Positions 37,628 through 45,035 of a stretch of 51,479 nucleotides of DNA are shown here, piece after piece. The translations under genes were made by a program, and so were the position numbers. This stretch comes from a virus (taxonomy: Duplodnaviria > Caudoviricetes): positions 1-51,479 of the IMG/VR virus record IMGVR_UViG_3300012232_000016; one strand, 5' to 3'. The notes beneath the pieces are model-generated. The model worked only from the letters and a program-made list of their open reading frames with translations, was not told the DNA's origin and did no database searches. Position 1 is the stretch's first letter, and each line of letters starts with the position of its first letter.

Positions 37628-37656
37628 ACAGTATGACACCCGGGCTGCACTGTCAA
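37628..37656 (-). promoter_or_regulatory. sigma70-type promoter with operator half-site
   Basis: TTGACA-17 bp-TACTGT; TGACACCCGG at 37634-37643. Confidence 0.72.
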
Positions 37657-37725
37657 CGAGTTTCTGCACAGTCCTGCCCGAAATCTATGAAGCCGCAAAA
37701 ACATTAACAAAAACCGTGAATCGTT

Positions 37726-38076
37726 TTATTTCGGCTGTGGGCGACCAGTTTCCCGCCCGAGGTTTACCTTTGGCCGTGTTTCGATCGTGGCACCTGCCGG
37801 CGGTGTATAGCCGTGCTTGCCTGTGTAGGCGAACAGTGTCCACGGCGGATCCGTGAACAGAGACCCATCAAGTCTTCGCGCCGGACTGAAGGGTTTGAAT
37901 TCACCGAAGGGTCCTGCTGTAGGACTCGAGGAGAGGTCAGGCTCATGAATCCGTGGCACTCGTTTCGCCACATAGACGAATTGATGCGGTGCCATGAGGG
38001 CGGCCGCTTCGGCTGGTGTGGTAGCGAGCTTCTGTCCTGAACAAGAGATCATCATGGCGACGAGTATGCACGTCAT
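37726..38076 (-). CDS. Pro-rich hypothetical protein, possible lipoprotein
   Basis: MTCILVAMMIS-C start after GAGGAG. Confidence 0.5.
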   Translation of the reverse strand: MTCILVAMMISCSGQKLATTPAEAAALMAPHQFVYVAKRVPRIHEPDLSSSPTAGPFGEFKPFSPARRLDGSLFTDPPWTLFAYTGKHGYTPPAGATIETRPKVNLGRETGRPQPK

Positions 38077-38080
38077 ACGT

Positions 38081-39808
38081 TCACTCCTCACTGAGCACGT
38101 CCAACCAGGCCTTGGCGGTCCAGTCCGCCACATCTGCTTTATTGGTCCGTGCCTTTACGATTGAATGATCAATGGTCTTCTGTCCGCCAGGTCCTGTCGC
38201 GACCATCACATAGGAGGAGACAGGTTTCGTCTGTCCTGGTCGATGGATCCGTTTTCCTTTCTGTGTGTATTTGAAGAGAGAGTAGTCATATGACATGTCT
38301 AGATCAACGTGAGCAGCGGTGAAGTTATGCCCCATAGATCCGGTGCCGTAGGTGCCCGCCAACATGGCCGGTTCTTCCATGATCGCGGTGCGAGGGTGCA
38401 GCAACCTGAGCGCCAGGATGCGATCTGTTTTCTTCTGACCACCCTCTAGCACCGCGACTCTGACGTGCGGGAAGCGTCTCTGGAATTCTTCCACGAACCT
38501 ATGTAACTCGGGCTTGAATCTGCACCAGACGACCAGCTTGAAATTTGGCTCAAGTGAGAGATGGTGAGCATAGAAGTCTAGCGCGTCATCTAGCTTCTCT
38601 CTCCCGATCTCTTTCACCTCTTTGAACGAGACCTTCTCTAGTTTGACTTGTGTGTTTTGCGTGGTCGATTCCGCTAAGAACCAATCCTCCTCCTGCATGA
38701 AAGCAGGCATCTCATCCTGTGTCTCTTCGAACACCTCTTCAACGCCCCCAATGAAACCTGATGTGATCTGTGCCAGGCGCATCGCTTTCGTGATAGCAAG
38801 ACCTGCGATGCTGGCTTGATTGCTACTCACCCATGAGACCATGTCTTGCTTCATGGGTTTGTAGTAGGTCTTCCAGGTGTTCGGTGTGAGCGCAATGCTA
38901 CGAGTCACGGCAGGAAGCCTGGGTGGGAGGTCTAGACAATTCTCAGAGAGACGTCGTAACACATACGGAGCAAGTCGGCGTTGAATATCATCTAGGTTCT
39001 TCCAACGGAGGATCTGCGGGTAATCAACCTTGGGGTTCATCACGCAGTAACGTTCACGGAAGATCGTGACGTAAGGGCACTCCAGAATAGAGGGGTGTAG
39101 GATGTTGGCCTGGTTCATCAGGCTCATCGGGCTGTCCACAATCGGCGTCCCATTAAGCAGCACAATACGACCACAGGCACGACGCAGCTCCAGACAGGCC
39201 TTTGATTGGAGAGAGCCCTTGTTCGCCACGGCGCTGGATTCATCTAGCACCAGCAACGTTCTCGGCCCACAATAGGCCTTGAGCTGCTTCAGGCGCATCT
39301 TGGAGCGAGCGATGAATTCGTAGTTCGTAATGATCCACCTGAGTTGATCTTTAGACCCCTCCCAATTGCCCCAATCCCACTGACGGACTTTGGCATGGAA
39401 CTCTGAGACTCTGTTAGGCAGGATCTGGTCGAAGAGATGCAGAGACAACTCACCAAGGTCCTTGTCATACCAGACATCACGCACCGTATTCGGTGTGACG
39501 ACGATGACGCGATTGATGACACCCAACATGTAGAGGATCTGTGCTGCAATGATGACCTGAGCGCATTTCATCAGGCCCATCTCGTCGAAGATTGCGAACC
39601 AGGGATTCACAATGAGTGCCCGGACACCTATCTTGGCATGATCCTTGACACCGGAGAGTGTGCCATCCTGCAGGCGCACAAGACGGCACTTGTCCCAAGG
39701 CTGATCGGTTGATGCGAGCTTGACCTCACCCCGAGTGCTCAGGATGCTGAAGTCCAGAATCTTCTTGAGATCGTCGATCGTGTTAGATGGGACTAGGGCC
39801 ATCTTCAT
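38081..39808 (-). CDS. SNF2-family helicase with degenerate motifs
   Basis: FDEMGLMKC, TNYE, VLDESS, LNGTP, LDLPP, RIHRPGQ. Confidence 0.85.
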   Translation of the reverse strand: MKMALVPSNTIDDLKKILDFSILSTRGEVKLASTDQPWDKCRLVRLQDGTLSGVKDHAKIGVRALIVNPWFAIFDEMGLMKCAQVIIAAQILYMLGVINRVIVVTPNTVRDVWYDKDLGELSLHLFDQILPNRVSEFHAKVRQWDWGNWEGSKDQLRWIITNYEFIARSKMRLKQLKAYCGPRTLLVLDESSAVANKGSLQSKACLELRRACGRIVLLNGTPIVDSPMSLMNQANILHPSILECPYVTIFRERYCVMNPKVDYPQILRWKNLDDIQRRLAPYVLRRLSENCLDLPPRLPAVTRSIALTPNTWKTYYKPMKQDMVSWVSSNQASIAGLAITKAMRLAQITSGFIGGVEEVFEETQDEMPAFMQEEDWFLAESTTQNTQVKLEKVSFKEVKEIGREKLDDALDFYAHHLSLEPNFKLVVWCRFKPELHRFVEEFQRRFPHVRVAVLEGGQKKTDRILALRLLHPRTAIMEEPAMLAGTYGTGSMGHNFTAAHVDLDMSYDYSLFKYTQKGKRIHRPGQTKPVSSYVMVATGPGGQKTIDHSIVKARTNKADVADWTAKAWLDVLSEE

Positions 39809-40094
39809 TCACACAGAATTCGCACCCCTGAAACTCCACGCCCATGGCCGTCTTGCCCGTGCGGGGCTCAAAGCCTCGTGACTTACAGCCCGGGCACAGA
39901 GGCTCAATGGTATCCAAAGGAATCCAGACGGCCACCTCAACGAAGGCCCCATCTGGCAACGGATGCACATGAGCGTGAGGGTTCATGTTCACGCCACACT
40001 GTTTGGCCGCAGCTTCACGATAGAGTTCGAAGCGTCTCTTCTCACGTTCTCGCTTCGCTTGCACTTCGTTATCTGTCATGACAACCTCCTGCAT
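39783..40094 (-). CDS. zinc-ribbon hypothetical protein
   Basis: CPGC...CEFC. Confidence 0.55.
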   Translation of the reverse strand: MQEVVMTDNEVQAKREREKRRFELYREAAAKQCGVNMNPHAHVHPLPDGAFVEVAVWIPLDTIEPLCPGCKSRGFEPRTGKTAMGVEFQGCEFCVNEDGPSPI

Positions 40095-40387
40095 TCATCA
40101 CAGACACTATCGAGCTCGATATGCTGTTGGTGACGAATGCATCTGGCTGACAATATAACACGACGATGGGGCATACTCATATCCGTAATTTCTACAGGCA
40201 CGAATTCAATGCCCAACTTAGCGGCCTCAGGTGAGATAATCTCTAGCACCTTCTTCGCTTGACGTAGTGACCACTGCCCCCGTGGGTCGACGCTGAATGC
40301 TGGGATGTTCATGCGCGCCTCCTTGCGGGTGATGAGACGTAAACGATCAAGCCGCGTGAGCTGGTCTTTTGACCAGGGCCACTTCAC
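40076..40387 (-). CDS. hypothetical protein
   Basis: GTGA overlap; C..H...CDEC tail. Confidence 0.55.
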   Translation of the reverse strand: MKWPWSKDQLTRLDRLRLITRKEARMNIPAFSVDPRGQWSLRQAKKVLEIISPEAAKLGIEFVPVEITDMSMPHRRVILSARCIRHQQHIELDSVCDECRRLS

Positions 40388-41802
40388 GACGCGACATGTC
40401 CATCTTCCAGCATGACACTCACGCCGTCTTTGGAAGATGTGACGTATTCCATCCAGACCTGAGCACCAGCCGCCTCAGCCTGTTCTGCGACCACCTTCAG
40501 ACCGTCTTCGTCCAACAGATTCCCGTTGCGAATGAGCAGCACCTTCAATGTAGCATTGAGCGCGAGCCCGATCGCGATACTGACGCGCAGTTGCACACTC
40601 GAGGAGACCTCTTCCAGAGGCAATCCCTCGAACGTGACGCCGTCGTCCGTGAGCCCGAGTCCTTCGACCGGGAATTTCGCGTTGATGAGCGCCGCGGACT
40701 TCTCTTCGTCAATGCGACGAATCGTGCCATCCGCTTCGTCCACCAGGACCTCAGCTCGCTTCACTTCGTCTTGCTGTTTCTGATAGGCTTGGTTGTCCCG
40801 CACCTGACGATTCGTGGCATCAATCTCGCGGAGTCTGACGTCCAGTTCTTCGAAGTTGGGCACGGCTTCTTTGGCCGCGTGCATCGTCACCCGAAGGGCA
40901 CTCAGATTCTCTGTCTGCTCTTGCAACTGCGTGACGACGCCTTTGATGAGCGCCTCTTCTTCCTTGATGCGGAGTTCTATCCGCTTGATCTCTTCACGGT
41001 GCATGTCCACGCGACCTTGACGAGTTTCTCGCTCTGTGAGGAACCCCTGGCACTTGCTTTCGGCATCAGCGACCGACTTGATAGCGTCTTCAGCCGCCGT
41101 CTGCAGTTCGTGTCCACGCTTGATCTCGGTGGAGATCTCTTCGATGGGCACTTCAATTGCGGGGGCATCAGGGAAACGGTGCATCCCTTCAAGTCTGCTC
41201 TGCTGGATGGCCAGCGTCTTCTTGTGCATGGCGCGGGCATCGAATGCCGTCTTCCGCTGCCCGTTGAGCAGTCCGAAGTCCAGATTGACCAGACGGCGGA
41301 GAGTCTCGTTCTGCTGCGGTGGCTTTTCTTTGCTGAAGGCGAGCGGATCGAACGTCAGTTTCCCGTAGAGCTTGTCCAGCAACACCTGGGGGGATGGATA
41401 CTTGGCGCCATCTCTGTTCGTGACGGTCAGGACGCTCTTGGTGGGACCGAAGGTGGTCTTGCAATTGCAAGGCGCTGTCAGGATCTTCCCCGTCTCTTTG
41501 TTGTCTTTGATCTGTATCTCTGGTGCTGAGGCACATCCTGCGACATGGACAACGTCGCGATAGAAGCGCCGAGTCACGATGTAATCTTCGATATCCACCG
41601 TGATCCTGGCTTCCGCTTGATCCTTGCGGATCGGTTGGCTGGGCACCAACTTCTCGCCACCGAGTGCATAGGCGATGGAGTCCAGCACAGATGATTTCCC
41701 TGCACCGTTCTTGCCGCCGATGGTGATCAGCGAGCCATCGGGACTAACTTCCACGACGCTGATCCGTTTGACGTTCTCCGTGATGAGCTTCTTGATCTTC
41801 AT
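40384..41802 (-). CDS. SMC/Rad50-like ATPase
   Basis: ENVKRI, GKNGAGKSS, long coiled coil, VSSS signature region, VLLIRNGNLLD. Confidence 0.85.
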   Translation of the reverse strand: MKIKKLITENVKRISVVEVSPDGSLITIGGKNGAGKSSVLDSIAYALGGEKLVPSQPIRKDQAEARITVDIEDYIVTRRFYRDVVHVAGCASAPEIQIKDNKETGKILTAPCNCKTTFGPTKSVLTVTNRDGAKYPSPQVLLDKLYGKLTFDPLAFSKEKPPQQNETLRRLVNLDFGLLNGQRKTAFDARAMHKKTLAIQQSRLEGMHRFPDAPAIEVPIEEISTEIKRGHELQTAAEDAIKSVADAESKCQGFLTERETRQGRVDMHREEIKRIELRIKEEEALIKGVVTQLQEQTENLSALRVTMHAAKEAVPNFEELDVRLREIDATNRQVRDNQAYQKQQDEVKRAEVLVDEADGTIRRIDEEKSAALINAKFPVEGLGLTDDGVTFEGLPLEEVSSSVQLRVSIAIGLALNATLKVLLIRNGNLLDEDGLKVVAEQAEAAGAQVWMEYVTSSKDGVSVMLEDGHVAS

Positions 41803-41811
41803 ACGTTCACC

Positions 41812-42039
41812 TCAATCTAGAATGTAGGGGTTACCCTTGAATGTGACGCTTGTATTGCCGAACTTCTGCGTGCCTTCTATATGCCAACTCTTCTTCTTGA
41901 CAGCAGGTGCGCCTATCTGTTTCTCCATCACGAAATGAACCGTATCATGATTGCAGAATGGTGAGGGAGCATCAGATGACCTGACAAGCACCTCACGCAC
42001 TGCCCCGCATTCCGGGCACTTGTAATCGAAGAGAGGCAC
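41812..42039 (-). CDS. FmdB-like zinc-ribbon protein
   Basis: MPLFDYKCPECG. Confidence 0.75.
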   Translation of the reverse strand: MPLFDYKCPECGAVREVLVRSSDAPSPFCNHDTVHFVMEKQIGAPAVKKKSWHIEGTQKFGNTSVTFKGNPYILD

Positions 42040-42863
42040 TAGAGCAGCCCACCCTTCACAGGGAATTTTCCTGCCGCTGCCGCCGCAGCGATCTCACGCA
42101 TGTCAGGAGGGAAGCCGTTGATCGGGTTCGCGATGTAATCGAAGTAGTCCCTAGGCACTTCTTTCATCGGGCGCGGGCCGTTTTTGGCATGTTTGCCGAA
42201 GGTGATACAGGCCACATCGTTCACCCAGAGGAACTTCCCCGCTCTGTCAATCGCATTGGGCTTCTGAGGGAAGCACCAGAGTTCTAGTTCTTTGACGTTG
42301 CGGGGTAGATCTGAATGCCGGAGCAGTTGCCCACGAAGTGCCATCTCTGTGGCTTGGACGTCCACGCCGGCATTATGAGCACCATCCAGTATATGCCCCG
42401 GAGGCAGAGGTTCACCGTTGTCGCCGCCATATTCCAGATAAGCGTTCGTTAGATTATGAGGCTTCTTCCGCTTGTAGATGCGGTAGGCATCGATCACGCA
42501 ACCAGACCACTCCCATGTGACACCAGAACGGCGCATCTCAGCTCGGAGAAATGTGATATCGAAATCGACATTGTATCCGGCGATGTCAACGTGCAGGATC
42601 TTGGGAGCCAAGGCCGGTGCAATCTGCAGGAATGACGGGCTGTCCTTAACGGCCTCATCAGTGATGCCATGGCTTTCCGAGGCGTTCCTGATAGGGATGC
42701 CCGGGTTGACCAAGGACATCCATTGAATGGGATCACGATGCGGATAGTGGATGGTCAACGCAATCTGCACGATGCGTTCTTTCTCCGCGTCGAAGCCAGT
42801 CGTCTCTAGATCCAGCACAGCGAGCGGACGCTCGAGCGTCAGATAGTTAGCGAGATTCAACAA
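42039..42863 (-). CDS. DEDDh 3'-5' exonuclease (DnaQ-like)
   Basis: LDLETTG, GYNVDFD, HNAGVD; C-terminal ITFGKH. Confidence 0.9.
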   Translation of the reverse strand: MLNLANYLTLERPLAVLDLETTGFDAEKERIVQIALTIHYPHRDPIQWMSLVNPGIPIRNASESHGITDEAVKDSPSFLQIAPALAPKILHVDIAGYNVDFDITFLRAEMRRSGVTWEWSGCVIDAYRIYKRKKPHNLTNAYLEYGGDNGEPLPPGHILDGAHNAGVDVQATEMALRGQLLRHSDLPRNVKELELWCFPQKPNAIDRAGKFLWVNDVACITFGKHAKNGPRPMKEVPRDYFDYIANPINGFPPDMREIAAAAAAGKFPVKGGLL

Positions 42864-43089
42864 GTCGCACCTGCACTGCCCGGAGTCCGTTGTTCTTGGC
42901 CCCGGGATCTGTATTGAGTTTGCCTGTGGGCTCGAAGGTCACTTCTTGACCTTCGTGGAGTGTATCGAAGTCGGATACAGGCTCTATGTCCTTCGCATAG
43001 ATAAAGCGTGATTGATTATCCACAGGGCTCCGCACGAAGGCATAGCCCGAGTTGAGCCTCACCGACGTGATCGTTCCAGTCCTTCGCAT
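42847..43089 (-). CDS. cold-shock domain protein
   Basis: GYAFV (RNP1-like), LHEGQEVTFE, GLRAVQV. Confidence 0.8.
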   Translation of the reverse strand: MRRTGTITSVRLNSGYAFVRSPVDNQSRFIYAKDIEPVSDFDTLHEGQEVTFEPTGKLNTDPGAKNNGLRAVQVRLVESR

Positions 43090-43100
43090 CAGTTCACCGC

Positions 43101-43427
43101 CTACGAAATATCTTCAGCGAAGCCTACCCTATAGAACCGCACAGGCAGATCTAAAGAGAGTGCCAGATGCAGCTCTAGCTTCGCGCCGCGAGATTGTGAC
43201 CAGCCGGGCAGTAGAATGATACCATCGCAGTCTTTCATAAACGACAGCACATCATGCCGCAACAGTTGGCAATACATGTCTTCATTTGGCTGTGTCGGGT
43301 GGTGGTATGTCTCATGAGGTGAGACGATCTCATACCCGGCGACACGCAGACTCTCAGACGCGGCCTGAAAGGCCGGATAGTTCTGATCTGGGATACCGGA
43401 CATCGGCCCGGCAAGATACCATTTCAT
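43101..43427 (-). CDS. DUF4406 / nucleoside 2-deoxyribosyltransferase-like protein
   Basis: YLAGPMSG, NYPAF, CDGIILLPGWSQSRGAKLE. Confidence 0.8.
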   Translation of the reverse strand: MKWYLAGPMSGIPDQNYPAFQAASESLRVAGYEIVSPHETYHHPTQPNEDMYCQLLRHDVLSFMKDCDGIILLPGWSQSRGAKLELHLALSLDLPVRFYRVGFAEDIS

Positions 43428-43560
43428 AGTTGCAACCATTCCAGCACATTCTCACCAAGATAGACTTCCTTGATGTAGTCTCTGGCATCAGCCTTGTTGA
43501 CTTGGCCTGTAGGCACCCACAGGCCATAGCTGTCTTCCCTGCCGATTCGTGCCCACCATC

Positions 43561-44637
43561 TCATAATCTCATCCCCATGATCACATTGATGTATTCCCCA
43601 TCGCTGAAGAGTGCGGGGGAATCAGCATGCTGAAAAGACAACGTAACCTTCTCACCTGTGGCCGCAGAGAGAAAGTCTAGAATGAACTGCCCCTGAAACT
43701 TGAAGTTGAGATCGGGTCCGTCGTATTCTACCACGAGCCTTTCTACGCCGTCCCCTACTTCAGCACTCGCAGCGGAAAGGTCCAAGGTGAACGCCTTGAG
43801 TGAGAGCGCCACGATATCATGGATCAACACCAATCTCTTTAGCACACTGGCGAACTCGAGCCTACTGACGGTGACCTTGTGCGTATTGTTCTTTGGGATG
43901 ATGCGTTCATAGGCAGGAAACTTCCCGTCTACCTGCCTCGAAATCAAAAGACGTGCATCCACATCAAAGAATAGGTGCCTATCACTTTGTGCGAACATGA
44001 CATCACCATCACCCGGTTCTGCCAAGAGCGCAGATAGTTCGTCCAGACACTTCGAGGGCACCAATACAGCCTCACGCATCGGACCCGTGCGCTTGAACGT
44101 TGTGAGCGCGAGCCTGGCGGAGTCCGTTGCGGCCATCAACAGACTATCTTCATTGAATGCGACGTAGGCGCCTTTGGTGTAGAAGCGTGAGTCCTTGTCG
44201 CTGATAGCAAAGCGCACTTGGGCGACAGCATCCTTCAATGGAGCGCGTGGGATGGCGTATTGCGTGAGTCCATCACCGTTCGGAATACCCACGAAGTCTG
44301 CCGCGGGTAGTGATTGAAGCCTGGACTGAAACCCTCCGGAATTGAACTTCACAGCACCCTTGGCATCACTCTTCATGGTGACCTTAGTATCAGACTGCGC
44401 CCGCACCAAGTCTAAGAGTTTCTTGGCAGGCAGTGTGATAGCACCGGCCTCCATCACATCCGCCGCACAGCCACTGATCAATCCGATCTCTAGATCCGTG
44501 GCGGCCATAGAGAGCCCGCCCATCTCTGCACGGATCAAGACATTGGAGAGCACGCTGATGGTAGGCTTCTTGCCGATGACCTTTTCCAGCAGGTTCAACT
44601 CACGCAGGAGATCAGAATTCTGAACGGTGATGTCCAT
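43561..44637 (-). CDS. dnaN: DNA polymerase III beta sliding clamp
   Basis: 358 aa; LSNVLI, ATDLEI, ATDSARLA, GKFPAYERIIP, VIMGMRL. Confidence 0.93.
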   Translation of the reverse strand: MDITVQNSDLLRELNLLEKVIGKKPTISVLSNVLIRAEMGGLSMAATDLEIGLISGCAADVMEAGAITLPAKKLLDLVRAQSDTKVTMKSDAKGAVKFNSGGFQSRLQSLPAADFVGIPNGDGLTQYAIPRAPLKDAVAQVRFAISDKDSRFYTKGAYVAFNEDSLLMAATDSARLALTTFKRTGPMREAVLVPSKCLDELSALLAEPGDGDVMFAQSDRHLFFDVDARLLISRQVDGKFPAYERIIPKNNTHKVTVSRLEFASVLKRLVLIHDIVALSLKAFTLDLSAASAEVGDGVERLVVEYDGPDLNFKFQGQFILDFLSAATGEKVTLSFQHADSPALFSDGEYINVIMGMRL

Positions 44638-45035
44638 CAGGTGATTCTCAGACGTCGCATATGTTGCTCCGAGATGTAGTTCGCTACCCAGCCGAAGTCA
44701 AAGTAGGGTGTTCGCACCTCTGACTTCACCCATTGATCCAATTTCTCAGGCTCAACGATCAAGACTTGCTTCAGTCCTCCGCGATCCTCAAAGATGATGT
44801 AACGACAGAAGGATGCCCGGTCCAACCGCCTGCACATTATATGCTGGTTCTCTGGCGATTCAAATGGTGCATTGTTGTAGAATTTCACTTCCCACCAACT
44901 GGTCCAATCGCGCCAGATATTGGAGAAGTCTGGGTAGCCTCCTTTAGACCTCTCTGTGTGCGTGAGCTGGACGGAACCAGGCATTCGGAGCTTGGCACGT
45001 TGCAGCACACCCGCCTTGAGGGTGCCTTCGTTCAA
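44637..45035 (-). CDS. VRR-NUC / PD-(D/E)XK nuclease
   Basis: GYPDF...WWEVK...Q; TTGA overlap with the polymerase stop. Confidence 0.65.
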   Translation of the reverse strand: MNEGTLKAGVLQRAKLRMPGSVQLTHTERSKGGYPDFSNIWRDWTSWWEVKFYNNAPFESPENQHIMCRRLDRASFCRYIIFEDRGGLKQVLIVEPEKLDQWVKSEVRTPYFDFGWVANYISEQHMRRLRIT

